Origin: the human T2T-CHM13v2.0 reference genome, Homo sapiens
Reading direction: 5' to 3' (one strand)
NCBI RefSeq assembly: GCF_009914755.1
Contig: NC_060939.1
DNA: 64,000 nt
The position numbers and the translations under genes were made by a program. Below the pieces are notes generated by a model that worked only from the letters and a program-made list of their open reading frames with translations, made no database searches and was not told where the DNA came from. Position 1 is the first letter of the stretch. Every line of letters begins with the position of its first letter. Positions 46,445 through 64,000 of the stretch are shown here, piece after piece.

Positions 46445-49103
46445 GAGAAGAGACTTTACTATTCATAGAACATAAGGGTCTAGAACCACACATCTCCCTT
46501 AGGGGCATTGGAACCCTGTTCATTCATTACAGGGCAGAGATAAACAGGCATAGATGCTGTTTAATATATACCATTGAAAACCTTGACTTTCCTGTGTCTT
46601 ACTTTCTTCACCACTGACACTTCCCACAGGTGAAGCTCCAGAGCTTATTTTTAACAGCTTTATTGAGGTGTAATTGATATATGATAAACTGCACATATTT
46701 AATGTGTATAATTTGACAACTTTTGACATATAAATCCATGCAACCATTACCCCCATCAAGATAATGAACATGTTCGCCACCCCCACATGCTTCCTCATGC
46801 CCCTCTGTAATTTCTCCCCCACCCACTCTATCCTACTTTTTCAGTAACCAGCGATCTGCTCTCTGCCACAATTGAGTAGTGTGCATTTTCTAGAATTTTA
46901 TATAATGAAATCCTACAGTGCTTAATCTTTTTTATCTGGCTTCTTTAACTCAGCATAGTTATTTTAAGACTCTTTCATGTCATAGCATATACTAAGAGTT
47001 ATTCATTTTATTGCTGAGCAGTATTTCATTGTAGAAATATACCACAGTTTGTTTGCCATTTTTCTATTGATGAGGTTTTGATTGTTTCCACTTTGGAGCT
47101 ATTACAAATAAAATTGCTAAGAACATTCATGTAAAATACTCTGTATGGAAAAATGTCTTTATTTCTCTTACTAGAAATCAAATGGCTGGATCATATGGTG
47201 GGTGAATTTTTAACTCTTAAAGAAACTAAAAAAAATTTTTTTTCTCAAAGTTATTGTAAAATTTTAAATCCAACAGAAATGAATGAGAGTTCTACTTCCT
47301 CCACATTCTTACAAACAGTGGATACAGTCAATTTTCTTAATTTTAGCCATTTTAATAGGATAGTAGTGGCATTTCATTCAAAGTTTGATTGTATTCACCT
47401 TATGGCTAATGATATTGAACAACCCTTCGTGTGCTTCTCATCATGAACATATAATCTTTGGTGAAATGTGCTTTGCAAATATTTTATTCCAATTTGTGGC
47501 CTTTTCATTCCCTTAGCAGTATATTTTGAGAGCAGAATGTTTCTATTTTGATAAAATTCAACAATGTGTACATTAATGTATTTTGCCTTTTGATGCCATA
47601 GCTAAAAAATATTTTGCTAGCCCAAAGTCTCAAAGAATATCTCCTATGTTTTCCTTGAGAGATTTTGTAGTTTTAGCTTGAATATTTGGGTACAATTACA
47701 ATGCACATAGTACATTCATAATTATCTATTTTTGATAAAATTTTGTATAAAATATTAGTTATGAATCAAGTTCACCCTGTTAAAAAAATTATTATTTCAC
47801 CACTATTATATTATGAGAAATGATGCAAGCTTTCACCGTTAAGTATCGTGTTTTTCTGCCCTACTGGGATGATTTTTTTTCTTTGTTACTTTGTTACTAA
47901 TGTGGGTTACATTAATCAATTTTCAAATGTTACAAAAACCTTACAGATATCTCTCTCTTATTGATCTCTAACAGTTTCCTTAGTCGGAATTATTTTAACT
48001 AAAAATTCTTCTTATTTAATGGATATATACATATATATATATACATATACTGAATAGGGTTTACTAGTTTTTGTCACCCTAGGACTTTGTCCATCTCTTA
48101 ATTGTGAAGTTTATTCATTTTATTTCATTACGATCCGGTTAATAATTTTTAACCTTTAGTGCTGCTGCCTTCCTCATTATTGATATTGGTAATATTATTT
48201 GATCCTTCTCTGATTTGATCCTGAGCAGTTTGACTAGATAATTACCAATTTTCTTAATTTTTCAAGAAACCAGGTTTTTCTTTTTTTGTTGTTTCATTGA
48301 CACTCTCTATTGTTTTTCAGTGTTCTTCATGACATTTATTATTTCATTTTTTCTACTTTCTAAGTGTATAATTTGCTATTCCTTTTTTGTATTCCTAAGC
48401 TAAGGTCATTGATTTGAGACCCTTCTTATTCATAATATAGGCACTTAGTTCTATAATATTCCTCCCAAAGACTTCTTGAATGATATCCCATACATTTTGA
48501 TTTTTCCCCATTGATATTTGTTTGGTGTGGCCCATGGTTATTTAGAAGTGTGGGATTTACTTTTAAAAAGAGTAGGGAATATTGTGAATTCTTAATTTAA
48601 TTCCCTTGAGGTCAGAGAATAACCATACTTTGTACTTCTTGAATCCTGTTTTTTTTTTTTTTTAATGGCCCAGAACAAGGACCCTTGCACATGTTAAATG
48701 TGTTTTGGGAAATAATAGAAATGTTGGTGTTATTTGATGACATGTTATATAAATGTCAGGTAGGTCAATTTGGTTTATAATGTTATTCAATGCTTTTTGT
48801 ACTTTGGATATTTGTCTGTCTGCTTTTTCCATCAATTATTCAGAGAAAAATATTGAAATTGTCAATTATAAATATAGTTTTATGCATGTCCTCTTGCAGA
48901 TTCTCATCTTGGGTTAATTTGTTTTCTGGATAAATAGTATATTTATATTTGTATTTATGTTTGTATTTGTAAAATTATCTTCTGGAAGTTTTCTCTCCTC
49001 TGAAATCGACTTTGTCCAATATTGAAATAGGCACCACAGTTTTGTTTTACTTAGTACTAGCATGGAATCTATATTTTTCCATCCTTTCCTTTTAACTTAT
49101 TTA

Positions 49104-49466
<363 letters not shown>

Positions 49467-50837
49467 TTATATCCAATCTGACAATGTTTGCAATTTTAAT
49501 TTTTTTATTTTGAAATAATTTTAGACTTACAGAAGAGTGAAAACGATAGTACAGTGAATTTGAGTACACCCTTCACCGCGTTTCCCCTAAGGCTAGCATC
49601 TTACATAATCATGCCACATTTACCCAAACTAAGAACTTAATATTGGTGAAATACTAATAACAAAACTAAAAACTGTATACATATTTCATCCACTTTGTAT
49701 TCTTTTGCTAATGTCTTTTTTCATTTCGGAGTCTAATCAAGGATACACACTGCGTCAGTCACCCTTTCTTCTTAGCCCCCATCTGTGACAGTTTCTCAGT
49801 CTGCACTTCTCCTATGTGACTGTGACACATTTGAAGGGTCCAAGTGAGGCATTTTGAAGAATATCTACCCACTTATATTCATCTGATGTTTTCTCATGAT
49901 TATGCTTTGGCCATGGATTTTGGGGAAGAATAACATGGAAGTCAGGTGTCCTTCTCACCATATCATATTAGAATGTATGTGTTATCAACTTTATCTATTG
50001 CTAATATTAAGCTGAATCACATAGGATGATGTCTGCTGGATTCTTGACTGTAAAGTTACTATTTTCTCTTTCCATTTGGTAGAGGGAAACCACTAACTCC
50101 AGACCACACTCAATGACTAGGAACTAAGTTTCACTTATTGGAGGGAATGATATGAAAGTATGTATGGACATATATTAAAATAACCACATTAACTGATACA
50201 TTTTTTAGTGAAAATTATTCGAGGCCATGTGAATAACCTGTTATTCTATTTCTTTTTAAAGTCTCACCCAGGAATTTTATCATGTATCATGAGTCTTGCC
50301 TGCAGCATTTTTTACTGTGGTATTTTAGTGGTGGTTTTCTGTTGTCATATATTTTTCTACATTTATTAAATAAAATTCTTTTATGCATAAGATTTGTCTT
50401 TTTCTCCTCATTTGTTAATTTATTCAAGCATACATTTATATCAGTATGGACTCATGGATACTTATTTTATCTTTTGGGTTATAAATTAACACATGTGAAA
50501 TTTATTTTGTTGTTTAAGTTACTTCAGCTTTGGCCCTTGGCAGCTCTTTTAGATTGGTTCGTGTGTGTGTGTTTGTGTGTGAGTGTGTGTGTGTGGTTTA
50601 TTCCTTAAATCTTTATACTACTCTTGTCTAATTGGTGATGCTGCACATTTCCTTCTGTTTTTATCTTCCTTCCATTCTGTCTGTGGAACTTCCTTTATCA
50701 CTTCTTTTAGGTGGGAATGTATGTCTTTCACCTTTATTTCTGAAAGATATTTTCACTGGCGTTCCCCTTCCTTCTGATCTCCATGGTTTCACATAGAAAT
50801 CCACGGTATTTTCAAGACCTTTTTCTACATCTGTAGT

Positions 50838-51164
50838 TTTCTTTTTCTTTTCTTTCCTTTTCCTTTTTTTTTTTTGGCGAGTGGGGACGGAGTCTTGCTC
50901 TGTCGCCTGGGTTGGAATGCAGTGGTGCGATCTTGGCTCACTGCAAGCTCCGCCTCCCGGGTTCATACCATTCTCCTGCCTCAGCCTCCTGAGCAGCTGG
51001 GACCACAGACGCCTGCCACCATGCCTGGCTAATTTTTTGTATTTTTAGTAGAGATGGGATTTCACCATATTAGCCAGGATGTTCTCGATCTCCTGACCTC
51101 GTGATCCACCCTCTTTGGCCTCCCAAAGTGCTGGGATTACAAGCGTGAGCTATCGCGCCCTGCC
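50838..51164 (-). mobile_element. AluY-like
   Basis: Antisense dimeric Alu. Confidence 0.93.
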
Positions 51165-51499
<335 letters not shown>

Positions 51500-54035
51500 T
51501 GATGTAACTGGGTATGGATTTCTTTGAATTTTTCCTTCTGGAGGTTTTCTTAGCATCGTGAACTCATATACTTGTGTATTTTTCCAAATTTAGAAAGGGT
51601 AATGACATGAACTTTTCAGATACTTTTTCAGTTGTATACCCATTCTTTGCTTCTGAGACTCTAGAGATGAAGAGCTCGAGGTTTGGTCTGCCTCCCAAAG
51701 TACTAGGATTACAGGTGTGAGCCACCCCACCCAGCTTCATTCACTATCTTACATGTTTCATTCTACTCTCTTCTTGTACTTGCTTGCGTGATTTCTGATG
51801 AAAAGTCCAGTGTAATTCTGATCCGTGTTCCTCTATAGCTAGCATGCTTTTTCCTCTCTTTCTTCTTTCAGAATATTCTCTGTCTTTGGTTCTCTCAATT
51901 TTAATATGGTATGCCTAAATGTGAATTTTTTAGTATTTATTCTAATATCCATGGTTTGGTGTTTGTCATTAATTTTGTAAACTCTTGATAACTATTATTT
52001 CAAATATTTCTTCTGCTCCATTGTCTCTTTGTTTTCTTGTATTCCAACTATGTGTATATGACAGCTTTTAACTTTGTCCACCAATTCTCAAATGTTCTAT
52101 TGTGTTTTTCCCATTGTTCTTTTTGCATTTTAGTTTGAGTAGCTTCTGTTGACATGCCTTCAAGATCAGTAATTCTTTCTTCAACCATGTTCCATCTACA
52201 GATGATTCCATCACAGGCACACTTCAGTTCCATTACAGTGCTTTGATTGCTAGCATTTTTTACATGTATATTATAGTTTCCATATTTCTGCTCACATTAT
52301 GCATTTGCTCTTGCAAGTTGACTACTTTTTCCATTTGAATCTTTAATATACAATTCTCAGTTATTTCTCAGTAACTCAGGAAAGAGTTACTTTTCCTTTC
52401 CATCTGCTGGAGCTATGAGGGACATTTTCTTGGCTTTTTGCCATGAGACTCTTATGTTACCAGTAAACTCAGTAACCCTAAAAGATAGAATATTTTCTTG
52501 TTGGGTGACACTGAGCCAGTACACTCACTGAAAGTGAGTGTCAAGCAGAGTAAGCTTTATTTGATGGCCAAACAATGGAGAAGTGGGAGTGTGGCTCATA
52601 AATCAACTTATCTGCTAGTAGGGAAGAGGGGGTTAAAATATAGGGTTTCTATAATGAAGGGGTTCAGCCTTAAAAGTGCCTTTTCCAGAAATGGGCAGTG
52701 ATCTTCTCAGAACTGGAGTGCTGCTTTCCTTTCTCTCCTTTTATGGCTTCTTCCAGTTGTTTTCATGGTGGTTGTCAATGGTTATGGCACTGTTGAGAAT
52801 TGTTATTTAGCATGGGAATGAGATTATAATGAAGCCTGAGGTCTTTTTGAAGTCATTCGGTCAGCTATCTTGGTTTTAGACAGTCTCAGCTGGTCTGGTT
52901 ACAAAGGGAACTTTTTAAGGTAGACATCCTATTTCTTAAAGATAAGCAGTCAGAGTGGGGTAGAAATCCAGCTGTCATGTAGGCATTACACTGGGTAACA
53001 AATCTCCCCTATCTTTATATTCACTCCTCATTCTTGAAGGGTGCTGACAGGCCAAGGTCTGTCTTCTATAGCTTCTTCAAGCTGAATTTGGGTGTTGATA
53101 TAGGGCCCATTAGAAGGGTGAATTTTTTCCCTAGCTGGTCTTAGCTAGGACTGGTTATCTCCTGGGTGCAAGCCCAGATGTTTATATCCCTGAGTAACTG
53201 TCATTTGTAGTTGTACGACCTCAGTTTGCTTAGACACAAACAAGACCAGAAATTTAGGAGACAGGGCCAAGAAATCAAGGGTAGAAGCTACAGGGCCCTG
53301 GAAGGGTTAAATTGGTATAAACACTTGGCCTGATCATAGATTACTTTAATATAGCCATCCTTTTGACAGGTTAAAGGGAGACTGACCCAGATTCCATTGC
53401 CAGTGAGGTTTACACAAGGCCAAGATAATAAAAAGTCTTGTTCCAGGAAGATCACTAATGGGACTTCAGGTGGGTCCAGGCAAGATGGATTAAAGTTAGA
53501 TGATTGATCACAGTTATTGGTCAGGCTGTTGATCAAGCTATGGGCCAAGGAGATTGGGCTTAGGGGTGTAGATGGGAAATCCAGCAGTTAATGAACCTTT
53601 AGCTATAATAGCTATAATTTTAACAAGGTTATTTTCACTCCATTATTCTGATAACTCTCCCCATATCTCAACCCATAGCAATAGGAAGAACAGGGCATGT
53701 TGATAAATGCACCACTGCGCTGTAGTTCCCAGGTGTGCACAGATGAGGTTTAAGGTGAATATGGTAGTGACTGATAGGAGGAGGCAAATCCCTAAATAAG
53801 GGGTAGGTTCTTGATGGAGTAAGATGAGAATACCTATAAGCAAGGCTAATAGACTAAGTCCTGGCAGGAAATGCATGTAGGCCTAAGGTTGCTCATCTGG
53901 CTGGGGATAAGTCTGTCTTTTTCAACAGGAATTTTAGATCTGAGAGTGGTTTAGCTGGGTACATGCGGCTTTTTTCCTTAGGTTCCATGGCTGCCTTGAC
54001 CCAGATGTGGTGTATCCAAGGCGTCACTCCCTGTA

Positions 54036-54334
54036 TTTTTTTTTTCTTTTTTGAACTAGAGTCTCGTTTTGTTGCCCAGGCTGGAGTGCAGTGGTGTGAT
54101 ATCGGCTCACTTCAACCTCCGCCTCCTATGCTCAATGGATCCTCCCACCTCAGCCCTCCAAGTAGCTAGGACTACAGGCGTGCGCCACCATGCCTGGCTA
54201 ATTTTTTTGTATTTTTAGTAGAGATGGGGGTTTCACCATATTACCCAGGCTGGTCTTGAACTCTTGAGCTCAAGCGATCTGCCTGCCTCGGCTTCCCAAA
54301 GTGCTAGGATTACAGGCATGAGCCACTGTGCCCC
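54036..54334 (-). mobile_element. Alu (J/S-like) in ERV1
   Basis: TSD actccctgta. Confidence 0.93.
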
Positions 54335-54359
54335 GCAAACTCCCTGTAATTTTAAGGCA

Positions 54360-55840
54360 GAATTTTTTTGTGAGAACCACAAGATATGGGCCCTTCCATT
54401 TAGGTTCTAAATGACTGCGGTTCCCCTTCTCTCTAGGTTTTTAAGTAAACCCAATCCCTGAGTTGGAAAGGATGGAGGGTTATGTCAGATGGCGAAAGTA
54501 ATGATTGATTTCCATAGGCCTGAAGGGCCTTCATTACTCCTCCAATTTGGGTGGCATACCATATTTTTTCCCCACAGCTCTGAGGACCTCCTGGTCACCT
54601 AGCCAGACTGGGACCCATTGGCGATATATCAGCTTGTAAGGGCTCAGTTTGATCTTTCCTTTTGGAGCTATTCTTATTCTTAACAGTGCCATGGAGAGTA
54701 ATGAAATCCATGGGAGATGAGTTTTCTGGCGTAATTTAACTAAGGTCCTTTCAAGGGTCTGGCTAGCCCACTGTACTGGAAGACTGTGGTCTCCAGGGGA
54801 CATGTGAGCACCGTTTTATTTCTAGGTCCCAAGAAGTACCCTCAGTAATGGAAAATATGAATGCTGGTCTGGTATCACTTTGGATTGGCTGAGGCAACCT
54901 GAATCTGGGAACAATTTCCTTTAACAGCACCTTTGCTACCTCACGTGCCATCTCAGTGAGGGTGGCAAAAATTCTACCCATCCAGAAAAGCTATCAGTGA
55001 GGACCAGGAGGTACCAAGGCTCTGGACATAACTGCGGAATCAATTTGTCAATCTTTCCCTGGTTATCTACTTTGGTACTGGACCAGCTGAATGGCCCCCT
55101 CTGCACTCCCCTGTGGGGTGGATGTTAGGGTTATTAACATAGCAGGTGGAGCAAGTCTCAACCGCCTCTTTGATTAGCTCCCTGAAGTTTGGGACAGTCA
55201 TGCTCTGGAAAAGCCAGTTACACAGGGCCTCCTGACAAAAGTGAGCATTTGTATGGGCTTTTTAACAGCCTGCAATGCAACTGCTTCTGGGAAAAGTTGT
55301 CCATGAGGGTTGATTAACCCTCCCGGATGGTAAGACTTTTGGTATATCCCCATTTGGAGGCGGTTTCCCATTCCTTTCGAGAGTAAAGTGGGGTAAAAAA
55401 GTAGGATTGGCATGGGGGGGAAGGAAAAAGTGGCATTTGAAAAGTGATCTTCCCTAAAGCCACATGATTTGACAGGAGATCAGCTTTATTATTTTCTTTA
55501 ACTACCTCAACAACACCCTTCTGGTGGCTGTAGCAATGGATTACTGCCACCTGGGCTTGTTTATTACAGATGCAAATAGCATCTTGGTGGATGAGCACCA
55601 GCTTCTGCAACCCCACTGAGAAGGACCATAGCTTATCCTGCCCTCCACTGTCCCTCCAGCATATAGCTGTGCCCATCAGTGAAGATCTTGGCTTTAGAAT
55701 TTTTAACAGGTTCACTTTTATGGTCTGGTCCACTAGGGTACACTTCCTCCATCACCCCTAAGCAGTCAAGAGATAAGTGACTGTCTTCATATGGAAAGAG
55801 GATGTCTGGCTTCAAGATGTTACACACCTTCAACGTTATG
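54360..55840 (-). pseudogene. ERV1 pol remnant (RNase H and integrase)
   Basis: ORF fragments 55633-55956, 55314-55733 (QVAVIHCYSHQKG), 54763-54981, 54534-54803. Confidence 0.82.
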
Positions 55841-55846
55841 TGGGTC

Positions 55847-56143
<297 letters not shown>

Positions 56144-56453
56144 TTATGTGAGGGTTATCAATAAGCATTATGTGTTACTGGAGAGCCCTGCCTGGGGACA
56201 GTCATTCTGCCCCCCTTTCCTTTATGAGGGTCTGGGTAATGGGGAGTCCAGATGGTTAGGGATTGCCCAAAGGTTAACTTCTCTGTCTCTTTTAAATGGA
56301 GGGCAGTGGCTGCCACTGACCAAAGGCAAGGAGGAGTGGTGGAAGGGGCATTTCCCAAAAGGGGAGAAACTCAAGCTGGAAAGAAAATGGGCATGCATAT
56401 CCTTTGCTGGCCAGTGTTGTTGGGCACCAGTTTCCCAGTCTCTGAGGAGGTAA

Positions 56454-56823
<370 letters not shown>

Positions 56824-57324
56824 AGTTGCCATTTTTTAACCAATAAAGTTGGTAGCCTGAAAAGATGGGCTCTGTCCCCATTTGGTGTCACAGAGCCAAT
56901 AAGCAACCGAAAGTGAGCATCAAGCAGAGCTATTCATGGCCAGGAAATGAAGAAGCAGGGATGTTTGTCACAAATCAGCTTCTCTACTAGTCGGGGGTGA
57001 GGAGGTTAAAATATAGGGCGTCAATATAAACAAAGGGACTGGACATTAAAAGTGATAGGATAAATAGTTATGTCTTTTCCAGAAATGGGCAGTGAACTTG
57101 GAACCAGAGTGAAGCCTTCTTTTTTGGCCTTCTGTGGCTTCTTGCAGTTGTTTTTATGGCGATGGTCAACTGTCATGGTGCTGGTGGAAGTGTCATTTAA
57201 CACAGAAATGAAATTATAATGAAACCTGAGAACTTTTTGAAGCCATTCAGTCAGCTATCTAGGTTCCAGCCAGTTTTGGCTGGTGTAGTTACAGAGAGAA
57301 CTTTGTACTGCATGTGTCTTCTTC

Positions 57325-57453
57325 TTTTTATAACTCTAATTTTAGGTTTAGGGGCACATATGCCAGATTACTATGTAGGTAAACTGCATGTTGTGGGGGT
57401 TTGGTGTACATATTATTTAGTTACCCAGGTAATAAGCATAGTATCCAACAGGT
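57325..57453 (-). mobile_element. Short L1 3'-end fragment (old L1PA/PB) inside the ERV1 5' LTR
   Basis: ttttaggtttaggggcacatatg...ttacccaggtaataagcatagtatccaacaggta; absent from the 3' LTR. Confidence 0.75.
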
Positions 57454-58059
57454 ATTCTTTTTAAGCAGCATTTGGGTGGGGTAGAAATTCAGTTATGTCA
57501 TGTAGCCATTACACCAGGTAACAATGAGGTTCATAGAGGTAGAGGTAAACCCACAAAGGTCGGGGAGGGCCCCTCAAGACTCTGACCTCCAGGAGCTTTT
57601 TACTCTATGCTAGTCCAAATTCACTGTCCAGAAATTCACTAAAATTACCGTTTAAGAATTCCTACCAGATTACGGCTCCAGTGGCTTCTGCTCCAGGTGT
57701 GAGAGCTCAGCTGTGTCTCTGTGTTCACCAGTCTCTTCAGATTTCAGGTGGCACTTTCTCCTGCGACCTCACATCTCTGATGGGTCTAAGAAAAGTTATT
57801 GATTGTAAGTTTTCCTCTTTTTGTAAGAATAGGAATGATGACTTCAGTGTCACTTGTAAACCAGAAGTTGACTTCCATTAAAAGAAACAAAACTAGTTGT
57901 CCTGGGGTTTACAGTATACATTTAAATGTAATCTGAGTGTACTTTTAAATAATATTATACCTCTTCACATGTCATATAAAGACTTCATGACAGTAAATTT
58001 CCAATCTCTCCCTCCCAGTATCACTTTGGATTGACTTTGTGCTATTATTGTCATATGTT

Positions 58060-58400
58060 TACAAATATATATAATTTTTGATAATATATGTATAATTTTA
58101 TATATAAAATTATTTATATATGCTATGAACTATATATATGCTATGAATTACATATATATTGTTTATATATATAATTATATATATTCTGTTTCCAAATTAT
58201 ATATATGCTATGAATTATTATAAATTATATATATATAATTGTTTCCAAATTATATATATAGTTTATATATAATTATATATTGTTTCCAAATTATATATAT
58301 GCTATGAATTATATATATGCTATAAATTATATATATGCTATATATATGCTATGAATATTTTTATATATAAAATTATTTATATATATATGCTATGAACAGA
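58060..58400. repeat. TA-rich low-complexity repeat with tatatatgctatgaa / tgtttccaaattatata subunits
   Basis: Direct reading. Confidence 0.85.
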
Positions 58401-58678
58401 TAAAACATGGTTACTATTTTTGCTTTAAAATGCAGGTTATGTGTCAGAATATAAAAATAAGAAAAAAAGGTTTCATTTACCTGTATTTATTCTGTTTCCA
58501 AAACTCTTACCTATTTGCCTACATTCAAATGTTTGACATTGATCATGTTCCTTCAGTGTTAAGAACTCCATTGAGGAGGAGCCAAGATGGCCGAATAGAA
58601 ACAGCTCCGGTCTACAGCTCCCAGTGTGAGCGACGCAGAAGACGGGTGATTTCTGCATTTCCATCTGAGGTACGGGGT

Positions 58679-59023
58679 TCATCTCATTAGGGAGTGCCAG
58701 ACAGTGGGCGCAGGTCGGTGGGTGCGCGCACCGTGGGCGAGCGGAAGCAGGGCGAGGCATTGCCTCACTAGGGAAGCGCAAGGGGTCAGGGAGTTCCCTT
58801 TCCTAGTCAAAGAAAGGGGTGACAGACGGCACCTGGAAAATCGGGTCACTCCCACCCGAATACTGAGCTTTTCCGACGGGCTTAAAAAACGGCGCACCAG
58901 GAGATCATATCCCGCACCTGAATCGGAGGGTCCTACACCCATGGAGTCTCGCTGATTGCTAGCACAGCCTTCTGAGATCAAACAGCAAAGCGGCAGCGAG
59001 GCTGGGGGAGGGGCGCCCTCCAT
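58679..59023 (-). CDS. L1 ORF0 homolog (antisense, 114 aa)
   Basis: MEGAPPPASLPLCCLISEGCASNQRDSMGVGPS...RVGVTRFSRC resembles ORF0p; ATG at 59023. Confidence 0.6.
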   Translation of the reverse strand: MEGAPPPASLPLCCLISEGCASNQRDSMGVGPSDSGAGYDLLVRRFLSPSEKLSIRVGVTRFSRCRLSPLSLTRKGNSLTPCASLVRQCLALLPLAHGARTHRPAPTVWHSLMR

Positions 59024-59478
59024 TGCCCAGGCTTGCTTAGGTAAACAAAGCAGCAGGGAAGCTGGAACTGGGTGGAGCCCACCACAGCTCAAGGAGGCCT
59101 GCCTGCCTCTGTAGGCTCCACCTCTGGGGGCAGGGCACAGACAAACAAAAAGACAGCAGTAACCTCTGCAGACTTAAATGTCCCTGTCTGACAGCTTTGA
59201 AGAGAGCAGTGGTTCTCCCAGCACGCAGCTGGAGATCTGAGAACGGGCAGACTGCCTCCTCAAGTGGGTCCCTGACCCCTGACCCCCGAGCAGCCTAACT
59301 GGGAAGCACCCCCCAGCAGGGGCACACTGACACCTCACATGGCAGGGTATTCCAACAGACCTGCAGCTGAGGGTCCTGTCTGTTAGAAGGAAAACTAACA
59401 AACAGAAAGGACATCCACATCAAAAACCCATCTGTACATCACCATCATCAAAGACCAAAAGTAGATAAAACCACAAAG

Positions 59479-60497
59479 ATGGGGAAAAAACAGAGCAGAA
59501 AAACTGGAAACTCTAAAAAGCAGGGCACCTCTCCTCCTTCAGAGGAATGCAGTTCCTCACCAGCAACAGAACAAAGCTGGACGGAGAATGACTTTGACGA
59601 GCTGAGAGAAGAAGGCTTCAGACGATCAAATTACTCCGAGCTACAGGAGGACATTCAAACCAAAGGCAAAGAAGTTAAAATCTTTGAAAAAAATTTAGAA
59701 GAATGTATAACTAGAATAACCAATACAGAGAAATGCTTAAAGGAGCTGATGGAGCTGAAAACCAAGGCTCAAGAACTACGTGAAGAATGCAGAAGCCTCA
59801 GGAGCCGATGTGATCAACTGGAAGAAAGGGTATCAGCGATGGAAGATGAAATGAATGAAATGAAGCGAGAAGGGAAGTTTAGAGAAAAAAGAATAAAAAG
59901 AAATGAGCAAATCCTCCAAGAAATATGGGACTATGTGAAAAGACCGAATCTACGTCTGATTGGTGTACCTGAAAGTGACGGGGAGAATGGAACCAAGTTG
60001 GAAAACACTCTGCAGGATATTATCTAGGAGAACGTCCCCAATCTAGCAAGGCAGGCCAACATTCAGATTCAGGAAATACAGAGAACGCCACAAAGATACT
60101 CCTCGAGAAGAGCAACTCCAAGACACATAATTGTCAGATTCACCAAGGTTGAAATGAGGAAAAAATATTAAGGGCAGCCAGAGGAGAGAAAGGTCGGGTT
60201 ACCCACAAAGGGAAGCCCATCAGACTAACAGCGGATCTCTCGGCAGAAACTCTACAAGCCAGAAGAGGGTGGGGGCCAATATTCAACATTCTTAAAGAAA
60301 AGAATTTTCAACCCAGAATTTCATATCCAGCCAAACTAAGCTTCATAAGTGAAGGAGAAATAAAATACTTTACAGACAAGTAAATGCTGAGAGATTTTGT
60401 CACCACCAGGCCTGCCCTAAAAGAGCTCCTGAAGGAAGCGCTAAACATGGAAAGGAACAACCAGTACCAGCCACTGCAAAATCATGCCAAAATGTAA
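59479..60497 (+). pseudogene. L1 ORF1p, disrupted
   Basis: MGKKQSRKTGNSK...; premature TAG at 60025-60027 plus further indels and a stop. Confidence 0.92.
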
Positions 60498-60545
60498 AGA
60501 CCATCAAGACTAGGAAGAAACTGCATCAACTAATGAGCAAAATAA

Positions 60546-63782
<3,237 letters not shown>

Positions 63783-64000
63783 ACAGACACTTCTCAAAAG
63801 AAGACATTTATGCAGCCAAAAAACACATGAAAAAATGCTCACCATCACTGGCCATCAGAGAAATGCAAATCAAAACCACAATGAGATACCATCTCACACC
63901 AGTTAGAATGGCAATCATTAAAAAGTCAGGAAACAACAGGTGCTGGAGAGGATGTGGAGAAATAGGAACACTTTTACACTGTTGGTGGGACTGTAAACTA

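Overview
Primate (human-like) genomic DNA centred on the intronless, imprinted necdin gene (NDN, minus strand, CDS 31705->30740, 321 aa MAGE-domain protein) in a CpG island. By established knowledge this is the Prader-Willi region, 15q11-q13. The rest is mostly transposon-derived: over 20 Alus, old L1M/L2/MIR/MaLR fragments, a probable hAT DNA-transposon fossil, a HERV-K(HML-3/MER9) provirus with two LTRs and a 6-bp TSD, an older ERV1 provirus with a tRNA-Arg PBS, and a near full-length young L1PA at the right end. I found no CRISPR array and no convincing new protein-coding gene or new biological system. The most interesting structures are: (1) a four-insertion nested L1/Alu complex with TSDs and two twin-priming inversions; (2) a ~200-bp templated insertion flanked by a 51-bp duplication; (3) a 34-nt U2 snRNA retrocopy with TSD; (4) a 33-bp VNTR bracketed by an inverted repeat; (5) the NDN 5' region (long in-frame open extension, overlapping strong-Kozak uORF, candidate splice acceptors) with an L1 antisense promoter/ORF0 and two ERVs pointing at it. 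Repeat subfamily names and old-repeat boundaries are by eye and approximate.
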